A DNA stretch of 62,759 nucleotides, counting the filler, from Circinaria calcarea (lineage: Eukaryota), in the NCBI GenBank assembly GCA_051942165.1. It is 30 parts of 30 records of this genome, joined end to end, with 100 filler letters (N's around TTAATTAATTAA, not from the genome) between each part and the next. Parts side by side here need not be neighbours in the genome. Positions count along the whole stretch, not along the records: positions 33,605 to 35,598 come from JAVECS010003999.1; positions 35,699 to 37,692 come from JAVECS010004000.1; positions 37,793 to 39,786 come from JAVECS010004001.1; positions 39,887 to 41,877 come from JAVECS010004002.1; positions 41,978 to 43,967 come from JAVECS010004003.1; positions 44,068 to 46,057 come from JAVECS010004004.1; 24 more parts are not named here. One strand, 5' to 3'. Positions 33,774 to 46,157 of the stretch are shown here, piece by piece. The notes below the pieces were generated by a model. It was not told the origin of the DNA, did not search any database, and worked only from the letters and a program-made list of their open reading frames with translations. Made by a program: the position numbers and the translations under genes. Positions within the stretch are counted from its first letter, which is position 1. Each line of letters opens with the position of its first letter.

Positions 33774-36368
33774 TGGTCCTAGCAACCGTCACATCCTATG
33801 TATACCTATGGGGATAGTCTTGTTACTGTACATTTACAGTTTCCGTGGAGATGTCTGGTCCAGAGCTGCTATCCTGAATTGTTCTTCTAGGAACTAGACT
33901 TACTGGTCTTTCTCGACGTTTCCGGCTTTGAACCTTCACTAACTTGCCAATAAATAAGTAACCCGCTCGCGAGGCGCCAGTTGATCTGGGTTGGGACGGT
34001 TTTTCCTATGTATCTAACTTAACCATTACTTTGCGACGCGGGAAATCCCTATGTGATATTGATCATGCCGAGAAAGAGAGAATCAGCTTGCAATGGCCTG
34101 CAGAGACACTGTGCTACTTGCAGCGAGTGACTATCTTACAGTACGCTGACACTCTACGTTATATGTTCAACGTCTGCAAGTTGCCCCACCCTGTTTATGT
34201 CACAGCATTCTCGAGTGTTAGACAACTCGACTTCCGATCCCGTACTTTCCTAGCGCATCATGAAATTTTGGCCGTCAATCGTACAGCAAGATTTGCTCGT
34301 AGGCATGGATGCAGTTTCCAGATATCGTTTATAAAATCCTCGGTATGACTCGCTGTGGATTGCCCACAAGAATCAGCATAGTTTGACCGATTCTTGTTTT
34401 ATACAAATGACAAAACCCCATCAGTAGGAAATTTTCAGTAATACGAACGCCATGTTGATTAGATAGATGCAGTCATGTTCACTTCCCCCTCGGACAAGGT
34501 TCTGAATCACCAATAGTATGGTTGCTTGATACATGCAGGGACTCTCAAGCAATCTTACTACATGTACGCTGCCTCGGCTGGTAAGGGGGATGCTCTCTGC
34601 ATTCGAGGCGTGGGCAGAACCCGTCGTCGATGAGATGTAACTGGTGCATAAGGGGTACCCCATACTTACTCCATACCCATCAAGCCCCTTAAATTAGCAT
34701 CAACACGTTCAAGGTGTTACAGAATGCGATAAGATGTAATTGTTGCATGAGAGGTTCTCCGCAGTCGTGAGGTCGCTTCAGCAATGACTTCTGCTCACCA
34801 GCTACGATGATGTGGTTTACTCGTAGTACCCGAGGGATTCTTTGTACTCGAAGCTCGGATACCGTATGTCTACCATGGATCAGAGACTACTACTACACGG
34901 TGTGTCGGGCAAAATAAATCCTAGCGCGAAGTTTTGACACCCCGGTACAGCACACCCAAACCACGCTTTATATTCCCAGAAAAACGTAGGTATACTCCGA
35001 ATCATGCGCGTGTAATAGCCCTCTGCTTTACCATTATTTTAATGCGGTTGCTGTTGAGATTCCTGGGGGTTAGACGAAACCGCGCTAGGGATTGCTGTGC
35101 TTCATGCTGTAGTTACGTGCTCTTTGCCACTAAGATGACGGGCCAAGCTATTTTAGCCATTGCTAAAATAAGCTCGAGACCTCGCTAGTAAGGTTGATCC
35201 CTGCAAGCTTGTCCCACTAGCTCCCGTCGGCCCTTTCGAATTGTTATTATCACTCGACAAAGAGAGTGACAATCATTTCTCTTTGAGCCGCTCATTGATC
35301 CTACGCCGATCCTCTTGTGTAGATAGTTTCTTCCAGGTCGTCGTTTCAATTCTACCACTCTGTACTTTCCCTGCCCCTCACTGGACACATCGCTCTGTGT
35401 TATCAGTACTCTCAGGATCATTTGCGAGCCTGATACACTTCAGCACGTACACCTACGGGGTAACTCTTCTGTTTTTAATATAACTATAGTGAAGCAACTA
35501 TATCACGATTCATGGATGATGTCCAGGACCGTCTCGACGACGCCTCTCGCGCCGGGTTCTTCTATGCCTGGCAAAAGTTCATTCGGTATGCCAATGGGNN
35601 NNNNNNNNNNNNNNNNNNNNNNNNNNNNNNNNNNNNNNNNNNTTAATTAATTAANNNNNNNNNNNNNNNNNNNNNNNNNNNNNNNNNNNNNNNNNNNNCA
35701 ATTCCCTACCCTATCTCAAAGCCCAAGCTCTAAGCCGAAAAATCCTCATTTCCCCTCCAAGTTTCCCTTCCCGCTTTATTCTAAACCACACAAATCCACC
35801 TCAAAAGCATCAAATCGATCAAAACCCCAACACGGAAAAAAAAAAGAAAAGCAGAAACGAGAAACGAGAAACGAGAAACGACCGAAAATACGGAAGAATG
35901 GAAGAATGGAGGTAGAGATCTTCGAAGCGAGATAATCGAGTATATACGGGGGGGAGCGTGTGTGAGTGGGGTTTAGACCAAGTAACAAGCGCGGGGGGAA
36001 TAAGAATCGAAAGGAAACCCGTGAGGCATACAATCAATATCTCCCGAGTTCCAACCCCCCTTTCTCGCTTACTCTCAACCCCTTTCAAACCCAACCCCTC
36101 TCACCCACCTCTAACCCCAATCCCACGCTCCCAACTACCAAGAAACCCCTCGATCTGATAAAAGCACGAGGACAGGCACGCGGATACCGCGCGATAGGAG
36201 TGAGGAATAAATAAATTTACGAAAAGGGGGCAACCGGAAAACTGGATACGAGATACGAGATATGCGACACGAAGTACCTAGCCTAGGTTAAGTTAGGTTA
36301 GATTAGGTTGAGTTATTACACTTTCCGCTGCTACGCTACGCTACAGATACGATACCGTACCTATCTAT

Positions 36369-36400
36369 AAGCATAAGCATAAGCATAAGCATAAGCATAA
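36369..36400. repeat. (AAGCAT)n microsatellite within an SSR-rich non-coding contig
   Basis: About 5 AAGCAT units. Nearby: (GAAACGA)n ~35853, (GATCGA)n ~36487 and a T run of about 28 nt at 36940-36967. Confidence 0.85.
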
Positions 36401-37195
36401 ACACATCGAAGATCTAACGTTTTTAGAAATACAGGCTCGGAACCTATCTACCCTACCTTACTTGCCCTATACGTAATCGAGATCAAGATCGAGATCGAGA
36501 TCGAATCGAGTGAAAAACAGCGTTTATTTAAGAGGTTTTTCGCTGACATTTTTGGTAAAGAGGGAGGAGTTTGTTTATGTATGGAAGGAAGGCCCGGCAA
36601 CCGATACCCTCCCTAGCTTAATATGGTACTGGTAAAGCTGAGGTGACAGGTCATACTCCGTACGGAGTTACCTTGTTTCACGCGGAATCCTAGCTTTTGT
36701 ACTTGTATTGGGCCAGAAAACTCCGTAGGTCCACTAAAATAAACATAGTAACATAGCTCCGGTGTTAATGGCATTTGGGGGGTTTTATTTCCTTTTATTA
36801 AAAATTCTATTATACTCGGGAGCACGGCGCCGATAAACTAAGCCTAACATTATAAAGCACGGAGGGTAGGCTAGTAGAAATTATATTCTCGTATTGGCTA
36901 TACTAGGTCTATTACCGTTGGTACGGAAATGGTAGGCGCTTTTTTTTTTTTTTTTTTTTTTTTTTTTGATCTCCGCAAGGATTAGGCGAGGGCACTAGCT
37001 AGGATAGCCGTACCATAGTAATTTGCTAGTAAACACTATCTTTGTTTACGCGTAACTCTGAATTTCGTAGGGAGCTGCATGATTTACGCACGTTGCCTTG
37101 CAAAATTGGAAGATGTGGAAGAAGAAGTGGGATTGTATTCTGACTATATATTTTGGCAGCATCTACATACAAATTTGGCGGTGTGGTTAGCCTGA

Positions 37196-37551
37196 TGTAA
37201 GGGTGCTGCAATCCCTGGGGCCTATTGAGGAATATGATAAGTCCCGATTGGTGATAGCACGGTTACATAGGGTGTAGTTGAACTGTTGCCCTAGGCTCAA
37301 TATTAATAAATAATATTAAACACGGTCTATAAACATGCTATTCTAAAGAGCGCGGAATAGCCTGTTTATATAATATTAGCGTTCCCCAGTGATCCCTTTG
37401 TTCCCTGGGATCCTTAGGAGCCACCGGGAGCATAACACGTGACGTGCTCCTACTGCTCCCTGCCCAGTCCTGGGAGCACCCGGGAGCGCTCGGCTCCTGG
37501 TTGCCCCGTTCCGGCACTCAGCCTGCCAGGGTATGGCGTCGCGCCATAACA
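37196..37551 (-). mobile_element. Solo LTR (356 bp) of an LTR retrotransposon
   Basis: TGT...ACA termini with a perfect 5-bp TSD CCTGA (37191-37195, 37552-37556). Homologous to 57360-57726 in the opposite orientation. Strand is inferred from a TATA-like element. Confidence 0.9.
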
Positions 37552-38067
37552 CCTGAATACTTACATATCCCCCTCCTGTGTGGCGTATCACATACCCTGC
37601 ATACAGCCAATAAACCCAGACTGCGCAATTATCACGAAAATTTATACGGAAAAGCAGAATCCAAATTATATAGTAGAAATACAGCAATATCCNNNNNNNN
37701 NNNNNNNNNNNNNNNNNNNNNNNNNNNNNNNNNNNNTTAATTAATTAANNNNNNNNNNNNNNNNNNNNNNNNNNNNNNNNNNNNNNNNNNNNGTATCTGA
37801 TGTTCTTCGCTTGGCGTCCCCGGATTGACTAGCCAACTAGCGTGCCGTGGGGTAATTAGCGCGGTTCGATAATGCCTCAGGAAATGGTCACTGGACCAGC
37901 CGCTGGGGGAGGATGGGGCGGTTGGTGAAACCCCGCACTGCTCTTGTAGAGGACCGCCCTCCCTCCTGAATTGCACCAACCTTACTTATCTCTTCTCGTA
38001 CCTGAATCGTTCCCTCATCTAAGCAAATCGTGAATCTTCAAGACTCTCGTACCGCAAAATAGCAAAC

Positions 38068-38876
38068 ATGTCGGCAGACACGGCAGAACTTACCAAGGTC
38101 GATTCGGCCATCTCGGGTTTGTCATCATCCCCCCCTACCGAGAAGAAGGGACATAGACGGGCCAGCTCGAGTGCGGCTGGAGTGTATAACATCGATGACC
38201 TGGGTGAGTGACCTGGTGTGGTGCTTAAAGGATCAGCTTCGTCTTGTAGTGATGATGCCACTGGGTGAGAGTAATGTAACTGATTTGATAATTAGAGAAG
38301 GAAGGGACAGAACTGCAGATTGCAAAGGAGACGCAGAAATTGAATTGGTATGTAGCTCCTCCTCGCCCAAACACCAAGCTCCATATGTTGCCGCCTGATA
38401 TGGGAAACCTTGATGCCACAAGGCCTCTGCATCTCCGGTAATCAGTTCTTATGCCAGGCACACTGCTAACGATCCTGATAGGAAGCTTAATACCTCCCCT
38501 ACAACGGTCGAAGACAAGGAAGTCTTGAAAAAATTCCTCACAACGCCTCCAGTTAAGAAAATCGACCTGCATTTCCCCCTAGGACTAAAGGTGACTGCAC
38601 GGAACCTCAAGGGAGTGACCATCAAAGACGCGTTAGACGCCATCCACAAGCAGTTCAAGAAGAAGGTATGCTAAATAACAGACGAGATAAAAATGGAAAG
38701 TGGCTAACCAGCTCGGATATTAGGCCGATGACGAATTAGAGCTGCCAGTCCTTGCAGGCTTCGAATGGGATAAAGAAGAATCGTGGACGAGGTTGATCGT
38801 ACATCAGAAGAAGGAAGGTGCACCATCTAGCGGTGGAGGAAAGAAGAAGAAGAACAAGGGCGGCGATGAAGAGTAA
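38068..38876 (+). CDS. Conserved fungal hypothetical protein, complete, 4 exons
   Basis: Exons 38068-38203, 38296-38347, 38482-38665 and 38724-38876 splice in frame: MSADT...GHRRASS...VYNIDDL|EKEG...AKETQKLNW|KLNTSP...KKIDLHFPLGL.VTARNLKGVTIKDALDAIHKQFKKK|ADDEL...LAGFEWDKEESWTRL. Absent from the ORF track. Confidence 0.88.
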
Positions 38877-39424
38877 ACATCTTCGGGAATGCCAAAGGTA
38901 CCACCATCGACGTGGGTTTGCAAGATAGGGTTAAACACGGAAGAGGAGGCTGAGTGTATGATTGCTGAAAGGCTGTAGGAAGGAGAACGTCAGAAGTAGC
39001 ATAGACAATGTCTATTAACAACCACATTCTACTCTGATCTTGCCCAAAAAAAAATTGACTTGTGAGAAACTCGCACAGCTTCATAACTGGAGAACTAGCA
39101 CTCTGCAGCAAGACACAAGGTTAAAATGTGAACTCAACTAGACTTCGGCCGTGATTTTGCGGAGTAGCAGCTTCTTGGTCTGTGAAAGGAACAGATGTGT
39201 TTTTTGTGCGTGGGAAGAAAAATAACACAGGAGCGAATACTACTTACCACAAATGGTTAGCCCGATGTGCATAGCCTTATCTGGACTTCACCCTGTCCGC
39301 AGCCTCGTCTTTCATTACTTGTCCTCACAGATAAAGATGTAAGCACGAGGACCTGGTGTCCTTCGGACCAGGTCAGCATGGGATAATACAATTGATAGTC
39401 AGATACTATATTTAACACCTAACA

Positions 39425-39786
39425 ATGGAGCAACGCGCCTCGATTCCGCCGGGATTGCCTAGAGACAATCCAACTGTATCATACTGGCAGGACCCACCAT
39501 CTGACATATCTACACACTGCACTACATCATCACTTCCAGGAACAACCGATGTTGTTATTCTGGGCTCTGGTATCACGGGCGCTTTTGTAGCGTACAACCT
39601 TCTTTCTCGGCCATCTCCGCCAACAGTGCTACTGCTTGAAGCGCGCACTGCGTGCAGCGGCGCAACTGGTCGCAATGGCGGCCACACAAAGCATGCATCT
39701 TATTTGTCATTTCTCGACAACTGTGATGCATTGGGCAAAGAAGAGGCAGCAAAGATCGCGAGATTCGAGTATAAATGTATGAAAGC
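39425..39786 (+). CDS. FAD-dependent oxidoreductase (DAO family), N-terminal fragment
   Basis: PTVSYWQ...DVVILGSGITG...LLEARTACSGATGRNGGH. Confidence 0.9.
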
Positions 39787-39887
39787 NNNNNNNNNNNNNN
39801 NNNNNNNNNNNNNNNNNNNNNNNNNNNNNNTTAATTAATTAANNNNNNNNNNNNNNNNNNNNNNNNNNNNNNNNNNNNNNNNNNNNA

Positions 39888-40781
39888 TGTCTTATCTGCG
39901 CTAAAGATGGGCACAAATCCGATTTTTGTTCAGCTCTAACATGCTCTAGCTGTGGAGTACACGGGGATCACTTTACAGCAGCTTGTCCCAAGTCACGGAA
40001 GTGTGAGAAATGTCGAGAACGTGGCCATGCTAAGAAGGAGTGCCCATATAAACTGGGACGGCTAGCTGGAAAGGAACTGGAGTGCGATCTTTGCGAGCAA
40101 GCTGGGCATATGGAAGCCGATTGCGAGTTGGTGTGGCGAACTGCTGGTCTCTGGGAGTCGGAACTCCCGAATTTCTCAGTACGCCTGGCTTGTTACGAGT
40201 GTGGCAAAGCCGGGCATTTAGGCAACGACTGCCCCACTCGTAACCCCAAGAAGCCCATAGGGTCTAGCACCTGGACATTCAAGCGTGCTAAGGGAAAGAA
40301 AAAATCGGCCGATCAATCTCAAATTGGGATCACCATTAAAGGTCGAGCGGAGCAGATGAAGGCAATTGAAATCGACGACAGCGAGGACGAGCATGCCAAT
40401 TTCCATCGGACCCGCATTCCCCAACCAGTACGCAGCGGTCAGGTTCGGGTCGCCAGTGATAACCTTGGCCGCTATCAAGGATCTTCGTGGACTCCCGGGG
40501 ACGGTATAGATGAGCGGGAAGTCGCTTCAGGCGTTGATTACAGAGGAAACGTCCAACGTCACCCTCCATACCCTCCAGCACCTGTCCGCATTGGTTCTTT
40601 CAACCCAAAAGATTCTCGATTTAGGGGCTCTGATACTTATACTCCCAATAACCCTCCAGCAACTGGGGCTTCACGAACGAGGAAGAAGAAGAAGAGCAAC
40701 AAGCGTCCGGCACAGGAGGCAAGTACATACAGGCCGATGCCCAGCTCTGCCCAGAATGCTTGGAAGAAGCATCGCACCTGA
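39888..40781 (+). CDS. Multi-CCHC zinc-knuckle protein, Air1/Air2 (TRAMP)-like, 5'-truncated
   Basis: Five knuckles: CLICAKDGHKSDFC, CSSCGVHGDHFTAAC, CEKCRERGHAKKEC, CDLCEQAGHMEADC (followed by VWR) and CYECGKAGHLGNDC. Confidence 0.85.
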   Translation, partial: CLICAKDGHKSDFCSALTCSSCGVHGDHFTAACPKSRKCEKCRERGHAKKECPYKLGRLAGKELECDLCEQAGHMEADCELVWRTAGLWESELPNFSVRLACYECGKAGHLGNDCPTRNPKKPIGSSTWTFKRAKGKKKSADQSQIGITIKGRAEQMKAIEIDDSEDEHANFHRTRIPQPVRSGQVRVASDNLGRYQGSSWTPGDGIDEREVASGVDYRGNVQRHPPYPPAPVRIGSFNPKDSRFRGSDTYTPNNPPATGASRTRKKKKSNKRPAQEASTYRPMPSSAQNAWKKHRT

Positions 40782-41979
40782 TTGCGTGCTAGGTGCAAGC
40801 CTAGCAGTTGGACAATATGTTAGTAAGGGGTAACTTTCTTAGACGTACTTTTGATGATGCAGAATTTGAGATGGAGGCTCTTCTGATATGAGACAGCCTT
40901 ACGCAAGGGAGGAGCTACACAACGACAGATGGGCGGGATGTGACAGGATAGTTAGATTTGTACACTCAGCAGAACATGTACACCTAGCTAGAGACCTACG
41001 CTCACGTCCACATGTACACATTCCATTCCGAACCCAAGATAGCAAAGCTATCATACAACCTCCAGCTGCAAGGTAATATTCTCCTTCACATGTCCACCTC
41101 TCTCTCTCCGAGAGATCCTCTGCCCAAGACTGCGACTTTCCTATCCTCTCCCCTTCCCACTCAGTAGTCGGCAGTAACGGAGAACCAACCGGAACAGTTG
41201 AGCACCTGGCCTTTGGCCCTGGAATGTCATTTACCAATTCGAGGTTCTCCCCCCTCTGAAAATCGAAAATGGATGGGGCCAAACGACAGCGACTGCCCTA
41301 TTCCCAAATGTCTCCTACTTGGGAAACCTCTGTATGGGCCACGCTTCAAAAAACCCATTTCATCCCTCCTAGCTTCCCTCCCATTCACTTTTTCCCCTTC
41401 TCGCATGGCTCTCGAGTCAGTTCCTCCCTACTATCGTTGTTACCACACCGCGAAAGTTGGTTTGCATTGTATGCTAGACGCGCTTTTTTTCGCATCAAAT
41501 GCTGATGCAGCGCTAGGAAGGACATAGATGAGGCAAGTAGTCAGGTAGGAAAGGAGATGTATGTATTCTTATCGTAGTTTTTTTTAAAAAAAAATAAAGA
41601 GAGAGAAGAGGAAAACTCGCACGAGTGCTTCGAAGCAAGATATGTATCTAACCCCCTCCCTTCCCCATCCTCATCCCTACGAAGTAATCCTCTTATCCCA
41701 ACACTCCAATCAACCACTACCACTACCACTTACACCTCACCTGCCCCCTTCCGCCGATTCCCACTCCCGTCCCTCTGGCTTCGTTATCTCCGCGAACAGC
41801 AAAAGCACAAAGAGAGGTTTCATCTAGCCCCTTTTTTCTCATGTGGTGGGTTTTTCCTTTTCGGATGGGAGGGGGAGNNNNNNNNNNNNNNNNNNNNNNN
41901 NNNNNNNNNNNNNNNNNNNNNTTAATTAATTAANNNNNNNNNNNNNNNNNNNNNNNNNNNNNNNNNNNNNNNNNNNNTT

Positions 41980-42177
41980 CTCAATGTCGAGTGCCGAGAA
42001 GGAGAAGACAGAGGAATGAAGGCGCTGGAGATTGTCAGCTTGATGAGAGATCGGAGTGGGAAGTTGATAGAAGCAGCCGGCAAGGTTGCAAGTCGATATG
42101 GTAGGACGGTGTTGGAAGAGAAGATTATGGAGTTGGCGGAGAGGAGGCTCATGGGGTTGTTGGATGGGGATGTTTGA
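41980..42177 (+). CDS. sepB: SepB/Ctf4/Mcl1 replisome hub protein, C-terminal fragment
   Basis: Manual translation LNVECREGEDRGMKALEIVSLMRDRSGKLIEAAGKVASRYGRTVLEEKIMELAERRLMG matches the Pezizomycotina SepB C-terminus as recalled. Not in the ORF track. Confidence 0.78.
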   Translation, partial: LNVECREGEDRGMKALEIVSLMRDRSGKLIEAAGKVASRYGRTVLEEKIMELAERRLMGLLDGDV

Positions 42178-42573
42178 AAGGGCATCGTATGTACCGGATG
42201 ACAACATTATGCGTTCCCATGTTCGAGAGGTACGTGCAGATTGGGAAGCATGGACAGGACACCATAGCAAAAGTCCAATCTTGGGGGACGCCCTTTCCTC
42301 GAGCGCAGTTCACGGCCGTTCCAGCCTCAGAGAGCCGAATACATAACTCCCGCACCCTCCCGTGCACTTTCCAGCCCTTTTCGCACCCATCGCTCCTACA
42401 AACCTCATACTTCGAGGGCTCCTGACTCGCTGCCGTCTTCATCCACGCAACCGTCAGCCTCGCTCAGCAAAACATCCGCCACCGCGCCCTCTTTTCCTGC
42501 ATACGCCCCGAATTTCTGCAAACGCCCTTTTAGCGTCCTTTGGGGTTACACGCGCCCTCAAACCAAGCAGAAC

Positions 42574-43482
42574 ATGGATCGTCGCTTCCCAGTACCGGGG
42601 ACCAATCCTGAACTCGGCTCGCACGCTTCTGCATGGGATTCCATGCAGGGTGGCCGGGCTGAGGTCGGGTAGGTTTTTTTTTTAACCTTTTGCTAACAAG
42701 TCTCATCTCATAGCCTGCAAAACGTGGCCGCCAACCGCTTGTGGAATGGCCGGGATGTCAGCAGCGACGGGCTTGGGGAAACTGAAACAACAGTCAATGG
42801 CACCTCCCTTCAACATGGATCTATCATTCCTGAATCCAGTGTGTTTGCCGACCATCGTGGACTCTGTGCTAATAAGAACTGCGCATTGCTTGATGATGGC
42901 TTGTCTTCTATTAGTGCTGGACCACAGGAGGCCAATGCTACTGCTGATGGACTGGCAACTTATGATTTCGATATCGCAGGGGGAGCGGGCCTTCAGCAGG
43001 GTATCTATGGACTGCCGATTATCGGGCAGAACTCATTGAGCTACGATTCTTCCTTGGCGCCTTTTAGCAATCACTGGGAAGGCAGTCTTAACTTTCCTGT
43101 GCCTGTACCTACGAATAGCTTCTCTATCGTCAGTCCTGGGATCCCTTCTGTCTCTGGGTCCCTGGATGTGTCCTTGGCAAGCCCGGCTACAGATACTCCC
43201 TCCGCGAGCCCAGCCGCGACTGTCACGTCTCCAGCTGCTAGCGGCCGCTTTCCCTGCCTTCACCCTGGCTGCGTCCGTTCCTTCGGCCGCTCATCCGACC
43301 TGAAGCGCCACGTGGACAAGCACAATACTGGTCCCAGGCCCTTTAATTGCAATGTGGATGGGTGCAAATACAACGGGGCCAAGGGATTCTATCGTCGTGA
43401 TAAGCTGATTGACCATCAGAGGAAGATACATGGGATGCATATGCCGGTGCCTGTTCCGAGCATGAATGCCGGCGGCTACTAA
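42574..43482 (+). CDS. C2H2 zinc-finger transcription factor (two C-terminal fingers)
   Basis: FPCLHPGCVRSFGRSSDLKRHVDKH and FNCNVDGC...GFYRRDKLIDHQRKIH. Probable exon 1 42574-42668 and intron 42669-42713. Confidence 0.85.
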
Positions 43483-44067
43483 GGAACCTGGGGGAAGGCT
43501 TGGGGGAGAGGGAGAGTTTAGTCTGTGGCTGGGCTCTTTTCCTCTTTTTCCTTTGTTCTTCTACACGGAGCACAGATGCAGGTCGGTGAATGTCATAGGA
43601 GGAAGTTAGAAGGGAGGGATGCTTTGAGGATGCAATGCAGACGAAACTTTATGACTTTTGCTTCTTTTTTTCTTTCTAGAATTATCCACTCTTTCGCACA
43701 CGAACCAAGAAAAAACGCTATCTCAATTGCCAAATACCAAACCTTTACGGTTACGCTGTACCTAACAGCTTTCCATGCTCTATTCATTTCTAAGTAACCA
43801 TGCCCCCCGCCCCCCCTTTCCCCTCGATACAACTCATTCCGTTCGAAAGTCGAAGTCGATGGTGTAGAGATTCCCTCCCCCTTTCCTTTCCACTGTAGAG
43901 TGAAAAATATTCCCGATGTTAAGATTACTAACTCGATAATCCCTTTGATCACTTTTTCCCTATATCCNNNNNNNNNNNNNNNNNNNNNNNNNNNNNNNNN
44001 NNNNNNNNNNNTTAATTAATTAANNNNNNNNNNNNNNNNNNNNNNNNNNNNNNNNNNNNNNNNNNNN

Positions 44068-44200
44068 GGGGTGCAGTGGCCCTATCGACGTACGGTAGGA
44101 CGCTTGTTGTATGAGGATGCGTCTCCATAGGGCAGTCCGAGACGCCTAGACCGAGGGCGGACTCAGGAGGAACAGACTGAGGAGGAGCTGGGCCGGCCAT
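44068..44200 (-). CDS. N-terminal fragment of an unidentified gene
   Basis: Good start context (CATCACC-ATG-G), upstream TATAAA-like element near 44350, and the frame is open to the contig edge. Confidence 0.4.
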
Positions 44201-45408
44201 GGTGATGATTGGACTGACTTGAGGTATGGATTGAGTGGTAAAGATTGAAGACTAAGAGCGTAGTGCTTTTAGGAATGCAAGACTGGTGGTACGAAAAAGT
44301 AAGATGATGTAAAGCTTGCAGAAGGTAGAAAATTGTAGCATGGGGATTTTATATTGCTTGCAGCACTAGCAAATAGATACGGGAAAGCAATTCGCTCGCA
44401 AGAGACCTTTCAGCTGAGGATTGAAAGGCTTACGTTCCAGTTCAACGTTGTATCACAGTCTGCGCTCCATGCCGGCACAGATACATGATAGGTAGAATCA
44501 AATGTACGCTACAAGAATTGGGAAGACCGTGATTGCCTCGGTGACACTGAGGGATTTTCAGTTAGGCTACCAGCAGCGAGCTGAGCCATGTCTTTACCTC
44601 TGTGGTAAACGCTCTATAATCAGTGGGTGCTTAACGCCCACTTGGCAGCTGAGATCTGAGATCCTTGCGCTCTTTGACAATGCCTGCAGTAAGCAAGTGG
44701 AATAATGCTTTGAAGGTGGGTGGTACGTAGCCTAGGAGGCGCTATTGCCCAGACCAATCACGGCAGACCGTCGCATAACAGACAGCCTGATGCCTGCATA
44801 TAACCTGGGTATTCAGCTTCGGTACCTGTCACAAAGTTATTGGATAGCCCTCTTGCTACGATCGTCGACCAGTACTACAGGACTGTTTGCGGTAGTCACC
44901 TGACCCAATGTTTCAATGGAGAGTGAGCACCCGAGGCGCTTTTCTCACTATGTATGGCCTTAGACCAAAGTAGAACAGATTACCTTGTCGTTATGTATCT
45001 TCCTTCTTCAGCCCTTTTGGCGTTTTGGTGGCTTTATTATAAGCGGACCGATGGCACACTACCATAAATAGGATGCCTCGGCTCGGTCTGCCGGTAATCT
45101 GGAGTCCGCTTACCATAATGTCAACGGCTTATCATGGCAACCACAGTCGGAGAACAATTTTGCTCTCTGTCACTTGAACTCCTTCTATACCTTTGCTCGC
45201 AAGTAAATGGACATCCTTCATGTATGAGTACTAACATGGGGCTTCGACGATAGAGGTCATAACTCGAAGCTTCAAATCTAAATCGAAAAGGCTCATTTTC
45301 ACCTTGCTATACTACGTAGTATAACAAATCCGCTCTAGCATCAGAAGGTAGCAACATGGCTCATCTATAAGTATCATGCGATGATTTCCGTTTTGCCTCG
45401 GGGCATTT

Positions 45409-46057
45409 CTACTTCCCTGCCGAAATGGCCTTCTCTCGATCCTCCAGGGTCTTTTTCACTGCTGGTCTCTCCAGCATCGCCTTCATCCATCTGCTGTAGT
45501 TTGGACATTCGGTCTCAAACTGACACTCTTTCTTCTGGTCAATCAAATCCACCAGCATGTACCACATGATGAAGCTCAAATCCGCGTAGCTACATTTTCC
45601 ACCCACCAACCACTCCTGTTTAGCCAACGTGCTGTCGAGTACCTTTGTAACACGCTTGATTTCATTGAGGTAACGTTCTTGTGCTGAAGCTATCTTCTCA
45701 GGGTGAAAGAGCGTGAACCAGGCGGCTTGGCCAAAATAGGGGCCTTGGCCAGAAATTTGGAAGTCTAGCCACTGAATGGCGTGGTATTTCTCCGGGAAGG
45801 TTTTGAAGGATATCTTACCCTCTTTGTCGTATGTGTCGATAAGGTATTCGACTATCGCACCGGATTCCCAGATAGTGATGCCAGTATTCGGGTCTTGAAT
45901 TGCAGGGAGACTTCACAAGATGAGAGGTTAGTCAATAAGACTTGTTTTGTACTGATTCTACATCATACGTACCGGCCATTTGGGTTGAGCTCTACATAAG
46001 GAGGCTTCTTGATCTCCGACGCGGGGACGAATTGGTTCTCGTAAGGGATGCCAAGTT
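45409..46057 (-). CDS. Glutathione S-transferase (Ure2p-like class), 5'-truncated
   Basis: LNPNGR|LPAIQDPNTGITIWESGAIVEYL (intron 45972-45911), FQISGQGPYFGQAAWF and WLVGGKCSYADLSF. Confidence 0.93.
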
Positions 46058-46157
46058 NNNNNNNNNNNNNNNNNNNNNNNNNNNNNNNNNNNNNNNNNNN
46101 NTTAATTAATTAANNNNNNNNNNNNNNNNNNNNNNNNNNNNNNNNNNNNNNNNNNNN

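Noticed and set aside
2108..46057. A gliotoxin-like or terpene biosynthetic cluster (MFS pump, GGCT, GGPPS, FMO, GST, C2H2 factor)
   Set aside because: Each gene is on a different contig ordered only by length, and no NRPS, PKS or cyclase is present.
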